From: Clostridium grantii DSM 8605
GTDB lineage: Bacteria > Bacillota > Clostridia > Clostridiales > Clostridiaceae
DNA length: 32,000 nucleotides
Direction of reading: 5' to 3'
NCBI RefSeq assembly: GCF_900129965.1
Contig: NZ_FQXM01000030.1
Coordinates: forward strand, 1 to 32,000
The notes under the pieces were generated by a model. It saw only the letters and a list, made by a program, of their open reading frames with translations, ran no database searches and was not told the origin of the DNA. Every line of letters starts with the position of its first letter. Position 1 is the first letter of the stretch. Positions 19,061 to 28,433 of the stretch are shown piece after piece. Position numbers and translations under genes: made by a program.

Positions 19061-20176
19061 ATGATAAATGATTACATGGGAATTATCAGTTTAATTGATG
19101 ATGATTCTAATATTAAAAGTTTAACAAGAAATAGACAATTAGCTTCAATCCCTATTGCCGGAAGATATAGAATAATAGATTTCACATTATCAAATATGGT
19201 AAATTCAGGTGTTAGAAACATTGGGATTTTTACTAATAGTAATTCTAGGTCATTAATGGATCATTTAGGTTCAGGAAAAGATTGGGATTTAGATAGAAGA
19301 AGAAATGGTTTATTTATATTTAATACTCATAATACCATTTCAAACAGAAGCGATATTACTTTAATAAAAGATAATATTGAATACTTACATAGAAGTCACC
19401 AATCTCATGTTATTTATTCATATTCTAATATGATTTGTAATATTGATTATAAGAAAGCTATAGAATTTCATGAAAAATCTAAAAGTGATGTAACTCTTAT
19501 TTCTAAAAACATCAAGAATGGTAAAATAAGTTTCCTAGGAAATCAAACCTTAAACTTAGATGAAAATAAAAAAGTTTTAAGTGTAGGAAATAATATAGGT
19601 AGTCAAGATGAACTTACAGTTTATGCTAATATGTTTATAATAAACAAAGAGGTTCTAATTTCTATACTATCTGAATGTATTTCAACAGGCTATTATACTA
19701 CTGTTTCAGAATACATTAATGAAAATATTAATAAACTTTCTGTTAATGCTTTTGAACTTGATTGTTATTTAGAAAAAGTTGATTCTATTGAAAACTATTA
19801 TAAAATCAATATGGATATGCTAAAAACAAAAACAAATAAAGAATTATTCTTTGCTGATAGAACTATTTATACAAAAGTTAAAGATGCTCCCCCTACTAAA
19901 TATACTGATATTTCCTCAGTAAACAACTCTATGGTGGCAAATGGGTGTATTATTGACGGTTATGTAGAGAATAGTATAGTTTCTAGACGTGTTATTATTG
20001 AAAAAGGTGCTGTAGTAAAAAATTCAATAATAATGCAAAACTGTATCATCAAAGAAAATGCACGTTTAGAAAATGTTATATTAGATAAGAATGTTATATT
20101 AGAAAAAGGGAAAGAATTAAAGGGTGATTCAGAAAATCCTGTAGTAATTGAAAAAAGGCATTATTATACTAGATAA
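19061..20176 (+). CDS. glgD: Glucose-1-phosphate adenylyltransferase, regulatory subunit GlgD
   Basis: A GlgC paralogue lacking the GGxGxRL loop (IPIAGRYRIIDFTLSNMVNSG), positioned directly after glgC as in other Firmicutes. Confidence 0.85.
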   Translation: MINDYMGIISLIDDDSNIKSLTRNRQLASIPIAGRYRIIDFTLSNMVNSGVRNIGIFTNSNSRSLMDHLGSGKDWDLDRRRNGLFIFNTHNTISNRSDITLIKDNIEYLHRSHQSHVIYSYSNMICNIDYKKAIEFHEKSKSDVTLISKNIKNGKISFLGNQTLNLDENKKVLSVGNNIGSQDELTVYANMFIINKEVLISILSECISTGYYTTVSEYINENINKLSVNAFELDCYLEKVDSIENYYKINMDMLKTKTNKELFFADRTIYTKVKDAPPTKYTDISSVNNSMVANGCIIDGYVENSIVSRRVIIEKGAVVKNSIIMQNCIIKENARLENVILDKNVILEKGKELKGDSENPVVIEKRHYYTR

Positions 20177-20194
20177 TGATGTTAAATATAAATA

Positions 20195-20217
20195 AAAAAG
20201 AGCCTAGGCTCTTTTTT
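20195..20217 (+). terminator. Rho-independent terminator after glgD
   Basis: AAAAAGAGCC-ta-GGCTCTTTTTT: a GC-containing stem followed by a T run. Confidence 0.8.
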
Positions 20218-20302
20218 ATTACAAAAATTTATAATATCGATTTATTTTCTCTACTATACTATAATGATAATGGTTTACTTAAATTGAAAGGTGGCTTAAT
20301 AA

Positions 20303-20800
20303 ATGGATGACAGAAGTAAAGTTATATTATTACATGAAAAAAGATTACAAATGCAACAAGAAAAGATAAATAAAAAGAAAAATCTTGGTTTAATGCCTAT
20401 AGCAATTGCATTATTAATTATTTTAGCTACTATAGGAAGTATTTATTTTTATTTTAAACCTTCCTCAACTATAATCTTAGATATCCCTCCAAGGATTCAG
20501 TTAAAAGTCAATAAATTTAATCGTGTAGTTTCTTTTGAACCACTTAGAGCTGACGGTAAAGAACTTGCAGATAACTTAGATTTAAACAATTCTATCCTAG
20601 AGGATGCTTTAAAAGAAATAATATTATCCTGTGAAAAAGAAACTTTAATATCAGAAGATTATTACTCTTTTCAAAAAGCTATAAATTTATTCATTTCAAG
20701 TGATAAAAACAACCTTATCAATGTAGATAATTTTAAAGAGTTTATGTTTTCTAAAAAACTCAAGCTTATAATTAATCAAAATGGATATGATTACAAATAA
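20303..20800 (+). CDS. Small single-pass membrane protein of unknown function
   Basis: Charged N-terminus, one TM helix (LMPIAIALLIILATIGSIYFYF), then an extracytoplasmic segment (LDIPPRIQLKVNKFNRVVSFEPLRADGKEL). That segment reminds me of the post-TM region of RsgI-type anti-sigma factors; this is weak and from memory only. Confidence 0.55.
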   Translation: MDDRSKVILLHEKRLQMQQEKINKKKNLGLMPIAIALLIILATIGSIYFYFKPSSTIILDIPPRIQLKVNKFNRVVSFEPLRADGKELADNLDLNNSILEDALKEIILSCEKETLISEDYYSFQKAINLFISSDKNNLINVDNFKEFMFSKKLKLIINQNGYDYK

Positions 20801-20822
20801 AAAGCCCACTAAAGTGGACTTT

Positions 20823-22355
20823 TTATTTGTATATAGGTATTTCAAAAATTGGCTGTGCATTTTTACAAGCTTCAATTAATGATTTAATATTCTTAATTTG
20901 TTTATAAGCCCATGCTACATCTGAAGAGTATTGATGCCAGCTCACATTCACATTATATCTCATTTCATATAAAGTGTTTTGATTGTACTTTGAACTATTA
21001 ATATATCCACTGCCTATATATTCAGCTCCACCTAATATGGCATCTTCAATAGAAAACCATCCTTGAGTATAAGCATATTCAGAACCATATTTATTAGGGT
21101 TACTATCTGTTGCCTTTATGCCAAATAAATTGTAAGTTATTTTCTTTTCTACCTGCAATCCATTCACTTCAGAAACTTCTATTCCTTTTGCCAAAGAAGA
21201 TGTTCCGTTTCCAGTTTCTAATAAACAATGTGATACTAAATATATTGGATTTATATTTTTTGCTAAAGCTGCATCTAAAAATGCTTGTCCTTTTCCTTCT
21301 AAAATACCTTTTCCTACTAACAACTTATTTAAATCATCCACTGTAACTCCATCCATATATCTTAAGTCCATAAAAATATATTTTCCATAATCATCCATGA
21401 AGTTATTAGGATTTATATAAAATTTTAAAATAGCTGCACTAGGTTTTATCCATGAAGAGCCTGTACTAGTAACTGGTGCTCCATTTGTTATTTGATTAGT
21501 AACCATTTCATCTAAAGTCTTACTATAATTATCTGTTTTTATTGTTTCGTTTGCTTTTTTATTTGAAATTATTGAAGAATCTAATACTTTTATATATCCT
21601 GAATAAAAATTATCATAATCCGTATATGTATTGTTATGTTGACCTTGATTATTTGCTTTTCTTACGTATACCATTACCTTGTATCTTCCTGATGATAACC
21701 CACTATTTTTAGTCAATGTATAAATAGAAGATCCTTTTATAGCACTACTATATCCGCTTGTAATTTCTGTATAATTTACATTTGAATATTTATATGTAAC
21801 ATCGTAAAAATCATTGGTATACTTATAAACAAAAACTCTATACTGTACATTGTCATTAGTATTTGATGTGATTTTAAAATCAATTTTTGAATTATTAATC
21901 AAAGTATCTTGTTCCGTTTTAAAACTATTAATTGAAGGCAACTCTGAATAATTTGTGAAATCTTCAACGCTATTTTTTGTGATAAATTTCATTTTTACTG
22001 TTCCATCAAGGCTTGTCCCATCAATTGATTTTAAAGTTTCATCTATAACAACGTAATAGCTAGATGATGGAATATATCCATCTATAGGTGGATCTATGAC
22101 AATAGTTTTGTTATCAGTAGCTAAGGTTATTGTAGCTGCAACTGATTTTCCACTCTCATCTATTACTTTTACGGTATTTGAATTTATACTATTCTTGTCC
22201 ACTTCTGCACTAAGGGTTACTGTCCACGGTTTAGTTAAAGAAATATCACTTTTATCACCTATGCTATTTTCACTAATAGCTTTTTCACTTCCTAGTAAAC
22301 CTATAAACACAATTGTTATGATAACTATTTTAACTATATTTAATTTACTTTTCAA
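20823..22355 (-). CDS. Secreted cell-wall hydrolase: Ig-like domain, Tyr-rich beta domain and C-terminal GH73 N-acetylglucosaminidase
   Basis: GH73 region: GQAFLDAALAKNINPIYLVSHCLLETGNGTS...YNLFGIKA...GWFSIEDAILGGAEYI...NTLYEMRYN. It has an N-terminal signal peptide, and a TTG start at 22355 with GGGGGTG upstream. Confidence 0.85.
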   Translation of the reverse strand: MKSKLNIVKIVIITIVFIGLLGSEKAISENSIGDKSDISLTKPWTVTLSAEVDKNSINSNTVKVIDESGKSVAATITLATDNKTIVIDPPIDGYIPSSSYYVVIDETLKSIDGTSLDGTVKMKFITKNSVEDFTNYSELPSINSFKTEQDTLINNSKIDFKITSNTNDNVQYRVFVYKYTNDFYDVTYKYSNVNYTEITSGYSSAIKGSSIYTLTKNSGLSSGRYKVMVYVRKANNQGQHNNTYTDYDNFYSGYIKVLDSSIISNKKANETIKTDNYSKTLDEMVTNQITNGAPVTSTGSSWIKPSAAILKFYINPNNFMDDYGKYIFMDLRYMDGVTVDDLNKLLVGKGILEGKGQAFLDAALAKNINPIYLVSHCLLETGNGTSSLAKGIEVSEVNGLQVEKKITYNLFGIKATDSNPNKYGSEYAYTQGWFSIEDAILGGAEYIGSGYINSSKYNQNTLYEMRYNVNVSWHQYSSDVAWAYKQIKNIKSLIEACKNAQPIFEIPIYK

Positions 22356-22511
22356 ATCTACACCCCCTATAAAGATTTTACCTTGTTTTCATCAAAAATT
22401 CAATAAATTTTTACAATTTTAATTTATTATTTTATTTTATTAAATTTTTAATTTAATGAATTACATTTTTTAATAAAATTATTAACTAATCTTCAATAGG
22501 TATTAAAATCC

Positions 22512-22546
22512 AAAAATAAAAGACCTACTATTTAAGCAGGTCTTTT
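22512..22546 (-). terminator. Rho-independent terminator ending the serC-serA-DUF1015 operon
   Basis: Minus strand AAAGACCTGCT-taaat-AGTAGGTCTTT followed by TATTTTT, 20 nt after the DUF1015 stop. Confidence 0.65.
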
Positions 22547-22565
22547 GAAATACATTTTTATAAAA

Positions 22566-23813
22566 TTATTCTAATTCATGAATAAACAATCCACTTCTTA
22601 GTTTAGGTTCAAACCAAGTAGATTTTGGTGGCATAACCTCATCTATATCTGCAATGCTCATTAAATCTTCAATGCTAGTAGGATACATAAGAAAAGCTAC
22701 TTTCATTCCTTCATCTACTCTTTTTTCAAGCTCCTTTAATCCACGTATTCCACCAACAAAATCAATTCTTTTATCTTTTCTTGGATCTTGTATTCCTAAA
22801 ATTGGTTTCAATAAATAATCCTGAAGAATAGATACATCCAATGATTTAACTAAATCATTTTTATTTATAAGATCTTCTTTTATTTTTAATTCATACCATT
22901 GTTGTTCCAAATACATACCAAAAGTTCCTCTTTTTATTAAAGCAATTGGTCCAGTTCCTTGGTATATATTTATACTAAATTTTTCCTCTATTTTTTTCAA
23001 AAACTGTTTTACTGATAACCCATTTAAATCCTCAACTATCCTATTATAATCCATAATATATAAATCTTTATGCGGAAAAGCTACTGATAGAAAATAATTA
23101 AACTCTTCATGTCCTTTAAAATTCACTTTATTATTTCTTCTAATAGTTGCCACTTTAGCTGCTGAAGCACATCTATGATGTCCATCTGCAATATATACTT
23201 CAGGTATATTTTCATAAAGCTTTATCAATTTATTTACTACTTCTTCATTTTCTATTCTCCAAACTATATGAGTTATTTCATCTTCGCTTTTAAAATTATA
23301 CAAAGTTTCATTAGAATTTATCCACTGCTCCACTATTAAATTTATTTCTTCACTATTTTTATAAGTCAAGAAAATAGGACCAGTATTAGCATTGCAATAA
23401 TCAACGTGATTAATTCTATCTATTTCTTTTTCTTCCCTAGTATGCTCGTGCTTTTTAATTTTATTATTGATATAATCATCTACAGAAGCACAAAACACTA
23501 TTCCCGTTTGGACTCTTCCCTGCATAATTAAGCGATAAACATACAAACATTCTTTATTTTCTTTTACAAAAATACCTTTATCAATAAAATCATTAAGATT
23601 TTCTTTAGCTTTTTCATACACTATTTTATCATAAGGATTAGTATCCTGTCCCAAATCTATCTCTGCTTTATCTATATGAAGGAAAGAATAAGGATTGTTC
23701 TCAACCATTATTCTTGCTTCCTCACTACTCATAACGTCATAAGGCAATGCTGCAACTTTATCAGGAAATTCTTCACTTGGTCTTACAGCTTTAAATGCTT
23801 TTATACAAACCAT
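22566..23813 (-). CDS. DUF1015-family protein, third gene of the serine operon
   Basis: 415 aa with family-typical features as I recall them: FKAVRP...LPYDV N-terminus, KKHEHTREEK, and YIADGHHRCASA (motif encoded at 23172-23189). The ATG is 12 nt after the serA stop, with GGAG in between. Confidence 0.75.
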   Translation of the reverse strand: MVCIKAFKAVRPSEEFPDKVAALPYDVMSSEEARIMVENNPYSFLHIDKAEIDLGQDTNPYDKIVYEKAKENLNDFIDKGIFVKENKECLYVYRLIMQGRVQTGIVFCASVDDYINNKIKKHEHTREEKEIDRINHVDYCNANTGPIFLTYKNSEEINLIVEQWINSNETLYNFKSEDEITHIVWRIENEEVVNKLIKLYENIPEVYIADGHHRCASAAKVATIRRNNKVNFKGHEEFNYFLSVAFPHKDLYIMDYNRIVEDLNGLSVKQFLKKIEEKFSINIYQGTGPIALIKRGTFGMYLEQQWYELKIKEDLINKNDLVKSLDVSILQDYLLKPILGIQDPRKDKRIDFVGGIRGLKELEKRVDEGMKVAFLMYPTSIEDLMSIADIDEVMPPKSTWFEPKLRSGLFIHELE

Positions 23814-23825
23814 AGTTTTAACTCC

Positions 23826-25415
23826 TTATACTTCTATTGCTTTAGCCCAGATTACATCATCCACACTATTAAATTTATCTAAATCTTCTTTACTAATTTT
23901 TTCATCTACATTTAAAATCATTAAAGCTTTTTCCCCTTTAGAATTTCTTCCAACTTGCATTGTAGCAACATTTATTCCACAAGTACCTACTAAAGTTCCC
24001 ACTTTACCGATAACGCCTGGAACGTCTTTATTTTGAATAAAAATCATATTTTGACTTAGTTTAGCATCAACTTCATATTCACTAATCTCAACAATTTTAC
24101 CTTCAGCATTTGTAGCAATTGCGCCTGATAAAGAAAACTCTTCCATGTTTTTATTAATTATTTTAATTCTAACTAGATTTGAATAGTTGTTATAGTATTC
24201 ACTAAACTTTTTAACATTCATGCCTATGCCTGCTTGTTTTGCGCAGATTTGAGCATTGATATAATTAACTTTTTCTCCCATGATAGGCTGTAGTAGGCCT
24301 TTCAAGAAAGCTATATTTGCTAATTCTACATCTCCTTTTGCCACATCTCCCCAATAATTTATTTCTACAAATTTAACAGATTCTTTATTTATTTGGAAAT
24401 ATAATTTTCCTAAAGACTCCATTAAACTCAAATAAGGTTTAATGTGTTTAAACTCATCTCTATCCATACCTGGTAGATTAACCGCTGTTGCTACTATTTT
24501 ACCTTGAAGTCCATTTCTTATTTGTAATGCAATTGTTAATCCTACATTTTTTTGAGCATCCAGTGTATTTGCTCCAATATGAGGTGTTAAAACTATATTA
24601 TCTAGTTCATTTAAAGGAGATTCTCCTCTAGGCTCTTTTTCATGTACATCTAGTCCTGCACTAGCTATTTTACCGTTCTTTAAAGCATAATATAAAGCTT
24701 CTTCATCTATAAGCTTACCTCTTGCAGCATTAGTAAGTCTAGCTGTAGGTTTCATTAATTCAAATTCTCTATAACTTATCATATTTATAGTTTCTTCTGT
24801 CTTAGGAGTATGAATTGTTATAAAGTCTGATTCTACTAATAATTCTTCAAGAGTATTTTTTTTCTCAGCATCATATCTTTTAAATCTATCATCTGCAATA
24901 TATGGATCGTAGGCTATTATATTCATTCCAAAAGCTTTCATTCTTTTTGCCATAAAAGCGCCTATTCTCCCCAGTCCAATTATTCCTAATGTTTTATTAT
25001 ATAGTTCTGTTCCTTCAAAGGTATTTCTACTCCAATTACCTTCTTTTAAATGTTTATCAGCATAAGGTATATCTCTTGCTTGAGCAAGCATAAGACCAAT
25101 AGCTATTTCACAAGCAGATATAGTATTACTATCTGGTGTGTTAGCTACAATAATCCCTCTTTTAGTTGCCTCTGGTACATTTATATTATCAATACCATTT
25201 CCCGCTCTACCAATTATTTTAAGATTTTTGCCTGCATCCATTATTTCTCCATCAACTTTGGTTTCACTTCTAACTACAAGAGCACTATAATCACCAATTT
25301 TCTTTAACAATTCCTCTCTTTTCATGCCTATACAAATATCTACATCAAAGTCCTTTTGTAGTAATTCAATCCCAGTATCGTCTATTTTTTCTGCAATTAT
25401 TATTCTTTCTTTCAT
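23826..25415 (-). CDS. serA: D-3-phosphoglycerate dehydrogenase (long form with a C-terminal ACT domain)
   Basis: NAD fold GKTLGIIGLGRIGAFMAKR, catalytic region NAARG...DV...HIGA, and a C-terminal ASB/ACT region. The likely true start is MKERIIIAE at 25415, with GGGGGA 9 nt upstream. Confidence 0.9.
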   Translation of the reverse strand: MKERIIIAEKIDDTGIELLQKDFDVDICIGMKREELLKKIGDYSALVVRSETKVDGEIMDAGKNLKIIGRAGNGIDNINVPEATKRGIIVANTPDSNTISACEIAIGLMLAQARDIPYADKHLKEGNWSRNTFEGTELYNKTLGIIGLGRIGAFMAKRMKAFGMNIIAYDPYIADDRFKRYDAEKKNTLEELLVESDFITIHTPKTEETINMISYREFELMKPTARLTNAARGKLIDEEALYYALKNGKIASAGLDVHEKEPRGESPLNELDNIVLTPHIGANTLDAQKNVGLTIALQIRNGLQGKIVATAVNLPGMDRDEFKHIKPYLSLMESLGKLYFQINKESVKFVEINYWGDVAKGDVELANIAFLKGLLQPIMGEKVNYINAQICAKQAGIGMNVKKFSEYYNNYSNLVRIKIINKNMEEFSLSGAIATNAEGKIVEISEYEVDAKLSQNMIFIQNKDVPGVIGKVGTLVGTCGINVATMQVGRNSKGEKALMILNVDEKISKEDLDKFNSVDDVIWAKAIEV

Positions 25416-25472
25416 TAATAAAATCCCCCTTATATTTAGTGTACAATTCATAGTGCATAGTTTACATACTTT

Positions 25473-26546
25473 CTATAAGCATTGTTTTAAAGCAGCTACC
25501 GTTCTTTCTATCATTTCTTCAGTCACATACCCCATATGTCCTATTCTAATCATTTTACCTTTTAAATGAGCCTGCCCACCGGCTATCACTATATTAAATT
25601 CTTTTTCCATTCTTGATTTTATAGCTGCCGCTCTTCCTTCTTGTTCTATTGTATAAGCAGTTAAATTATTTGATAAACAATTTGCATTTGTAAATATTTC
25701 TAAGCCCATTGTCTTTGTTTCTTTTCTTAATTTTTCAGCCAATAATTCATGTCTTTTAAATACATTACTTAATCCCTCTTCTTCAATCATCTTAAGTGCT
25801 TCATTAGTTCCTAAAATGAGAGAAACTGCTGGTGTATATGGTGTTTGAGGATTTTTGTTTTCTAATACTTTTCTTGCTTTTTTATAGTCCCAATAAAATT
25901 TTGGTAGATTGGATTTATTAGCACTTTCCCATCCCTTTTCTGACACTGCTACAAAAGCAAGTCCCGGAGGTGCCATTAAAGCCTTTTGTGATGCTGTAAT
26001 CAAAACATCAATATTCCAATTATCCATTTGAATGTCTAATCCACCTAATCCGCTAACAGAATCAACTATAAATAAAGCTTCTTCCTCTTTCATAAATTCC
26101 CCAATTTCTTTTATTGGATTAACAATTGCTGTGGATGTTTCATTATGAGTTACTATAAGTCCCTTATACTCATTTTCATTAAACTTTTCTTTTATTTGTT
26201 CTACAGTAACACAATTGCCCCAAGGTATATTGATAGTATCCACTTTCAACTTAAAAATTCTACCAATTTCAGCAAACCTTTCTCCAAAAACTCCTGTACA
26301 AACAACTAAAATTCTATCTTCTTCTGAAAACATATTTACAATTGCACTTTCTAATCCACCTGTCCCCGCAGCTGGAAAAGTTAATACTGAATTTTGTGTT
26401 TGAAAAACATACTTTAATCTTTCTGAAAACTCACCAAATATTTCACTGAACTCTTTTGTTCTATGATGAATTACTGGCTCAGCCATTTTTCTCAATACTC
26501 TCTCCGGTACCGTAGTTGGACCCGGTGTCATTAATATTTTTTCCAT
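25473..26546 (-). CDS. serC: Class V PLP aminotransferase (AGXT/SerC-like), presumed phosphoserine aminotransferase
   Basis: LMTPGPTTVP N-terminus and PLP-lysine context ITASQKALMAPPGLAF. Operon context with serA behind a Ser T-box supports the PSAT role; that role is inferred from context. Confidence 0.75.
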   Translation of the reverse strand: MEKILMTPGPTTVPERVLRKMAEPVIHHRTKEFSEIFGEFSERLKYVFQTQNSVLTFPAAGTGGLESAIVNMFSEEDRILVVCTGVFGERFAEIGRIFKLKVDTINIPWGNCVTVEQIKEKFNENEYKGLIVTHNETSTAIVNPIKEIGEFMKEEEALFIVDSVSGLGGLDIQMDNWNIDVLITASQKALMAPPGLAFVAVSEKGWESANKSNLPKFYWDYKKARKVLENKNPQTPYTPAVSLILGTNEALKMIEEEGLSNVFKRHELLAEKLRKETKTMGLEIFTNANCLSNNLTAYTIEQEGRAAAIKSRMEKEFNIVIAGGQAHLKGKMIRIGHMGYVTEEMIERTVAALKQCL

Positions 26547-26605
26547 TTTAGAAGTCCCCTTTCCCTAATATAATTATAAAATTATCTACAATTTATTTTA
26601 CTATA

Positions 26606-26830
26606 CAAAAAAAGCCTCCTTGATTTCTCAAGGACGCTTGTATTTTCACGTGGTACCACCTTAGTTCACTGATAAACAGTCTCAAAGTATAACGGACTTC
26701 CCGTTGTAAGTTTTCACCCCTACACAGCTCCAGGTCGGATTCAATAAATTTCTATGCTAATTCACACCATCCATTAGCTCTCTTTGATAAAAAACCTTAT
26801 TTACTACTACCCTTTTTAGCTTTTATTTTA
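26606..26830 (-). promoter_or_regulatory. T-box leader (Ser specifier UCC) controlling serC-serA-DUF1015
   Basis: Read on the minus strand: T-box motif AACTAAGGTGGTACCACG (26649-26666) and F-box CCGTTA (26690-26695). The specifier UCC followed by G lies at 26737-26739. The terminator GCGUCCUUGA-gaaa-UCAAGGAGGC plus U7 is at about 26606-26640. Confidence 0.85.
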
Positions 26831-26836
26831 GGTATA

Positions 26837-26865
26837 ATTATAATGAATAGTTTATAATAATGCAA
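26837..26865 (-). promoter_or_regulatory. SigmaA promoter for the Ser T-box leader
   Basis: Minus strand TTGCAT (26860-26865), exactly 17 nt, then TATAAT (26837-26842). Confidence 0.65.
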
Positions 26866-27005
26866 GTAATTTTTATATGAACTTTAATAAATATTTTGCC
26901 TTTTGTATAAATTATACTATAATATACTTAAATGAATTCTAAAATTGAAGAAAATACATAATATTTCAGTTTTTAATTCTCAATTAAAAGAAGGGTGGTT
27001 ATATA

Positions 27006-27431
27006 ATGCAATTAGGTTTTATCTTTTCCCTTATATTCGCAATAATTGTTACAATTTTTGCTCTACAAAATTCTGCGGCCGTAAATATAAATTTTTTATT
27101 TGCTAATGTTGAAGTATCTCAAGCCTTGGTAATATTTGTATCTGCTGTTTTTGGTGCCATAATTGTGGCTATTTTAGGCTTTTACCGTGGTGTTAAAATT
27201 AAAATGAGTTTAAAAAAATCTAACAAGCAATTAGTTACTCTTGAAGATGAAAAAACTTCTATTCAAAACGAAAAAACTTCTGTTGAAGAAGAAAATTCTT
27301 ATTTGAAGAAAGAAGTAGATTCATTAAGAACTACTATATCTTCTCTTAAAAATCCTTCAATGGAAACAGAAGTTATTGAAAAAAACATAACTGAATCTTC
27401 AGTTGAGGAAGAAAACAACATAATAGAATAG
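27006..27431 (+). CDS. LapA/DUF1049-like membrane protein with a C-terminal coiled coil
   Basis: Two N-terminal TM helices bracket the ALQNSAAVNINFLF motif typical of DUF1049, followed by heptad-like E/K-rich sequence. RBS GGGTGG. Confidence 0.6.
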   Translation: MQLGFIFSLIFAIIVTIFALQNSAAVNINFLFANVEVSQALVIFVSAVFGAIIVAILGFYRGVKIKMSLKKSNKQLVTLEDEKTSIQNEKTSVEEENSYLKKEVDSLRTTISSLKNPSMETEVIEKNITESSVEEENNIIE

Positions 27432-27469
27432 CCTGGATCATTTTAATTCTAATTGATTTCTGCTTTATA

Positions 27470-27500
27470 AACGGGCGGGCATGGAAACCCGCCCCTACAA
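27470..27500. repeat. Single copy of the GC-rich GTAG-hairpin module; probable bidirectional terminator
   Basis: AACGGGCGGGCATGGAAACCCGCCCCTACAA has 28 of 31 positions identical to the right module of the 11861-11945 element. The GGGCGGG/CCCGCCC stem fills a convergent gap. Confidence 0.55.
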
Positions 27501-27521
27501 TATTTTAAGGTGCAGAAAAAA

Positions 27522-28433
27522 TCACTGAAAATATTCATCTATAAAATCAAACACCTCTTTTTCATATCTCACTTTATCCACATCTATAGAACAAGCATGA
27601 GCTGCTTTTTCAGCTAAATATAATTTCTTATTATTTTTCTTAGCTTTATACATATCCTGTCCCATAAAAGTAGGTACATATTTATCTTCAGTACCATGAA
27701 TAAATAAAGTTGGTATATCTGAATTTCTTATATCTTCTATAGGTTTAACTTTTTTAATTTTAAACTTAGCTTTTCTTAATACTCTAATAGAAGTCAAATG
27801 TATTAAAGGTGTCAATAAAAAATGATAGTCTTCCTTCATTCTTATTTTTAGTAATTGGTATAAATCAGAATATCCACAGTCTGCTATGATAAAATCCACA
27901 TATTTATTTATACTTGCGTATTGAAGTACCGTAGCCGCTCCCATGGACTCACCATGTAAACCAATTAACTGAGATTCCGGCACTCTTTCTTTTATCCAAT
28001 TAACCCATAAATCTAAGTCAAATTTTTCATAATATCCATAGCTAGTGTAATCACCGTCGCTATCACCATGTCTTCTATGATCATATATTAAAACATTCCA
28101 TCCTTTTTTCGTAAATATTTCAGCATATTTAATAGACGTACTATGACTTACGGTAATTCCATGTACTATTATTATTGTTTTATTGACTTTCTCATCTCCT
28201 TTTATAAAAAGTCCGTTTAATTTTAAATTGTCTTTAGTTGTTATAACCACTTCTTCTTTCTCCAAGGTATCATAATACTTCTTATCTATAAGTCCTTTAG
28301 ATGCTTGAGACTCATAAAGTTCCAATGAATTCTTAACTTTCATTTTAACTAACTTATTAAAATAAAAAGTTACTGCCTTGTAAAGAAAAATAACAATGAC
28401 TACAACCAATATTAATATTATTAAATTTTTCAT
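27522..28433 (-). CDS. Membrane-anchored alpha/beta hydrolase
   Basis: N-terminal TM helix, nucleophile elbow GLHGESMGA, and later D and H candidates (IHGTEDKYVP, AAHACS). The likely true start is MKNLIILI at 28433, with GGGGGGA upstream. Confidence 0.8.
   Translation of the reverse strand: MKNLIILILVVVIVIFLYKAVTFYFNKLVKMKVKNSLELYESQASKGLIDKKYYDTLEKEEVVITTKDNLKLNGLFIKGDEKVNKTIIIVHGITVSHSTSIKYAEIFTKKGWNVLIYDHRRHGDSDGDYTSYGYYEKFDLDLWVNWIKERVPESQLIGLHGESMGAATVLQYASINKYVDFIIADCGYSDLYQLLKIRMKEDYHFLLTPLIHLTSIRVLRKAKFKIKKVKPIEDIRNSDIPTLFIHGTEDKYVPTFMGQDMYKAKKNNKKLYLAEKAAHACSIDVDKVRYEKEVFDFIDEYFQ

Noticed and set aside
22356-22510. A long, extremely AT-rich intergenic region upstream of the GH73 autolysin gene, considered as a possible riboswitch or sRNA locus.
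   Set aside because: It has no conserved riboswitch core motifs and no stable G/C-containing helices. It reads as low-complexity promoter and curved-DNA sequence.
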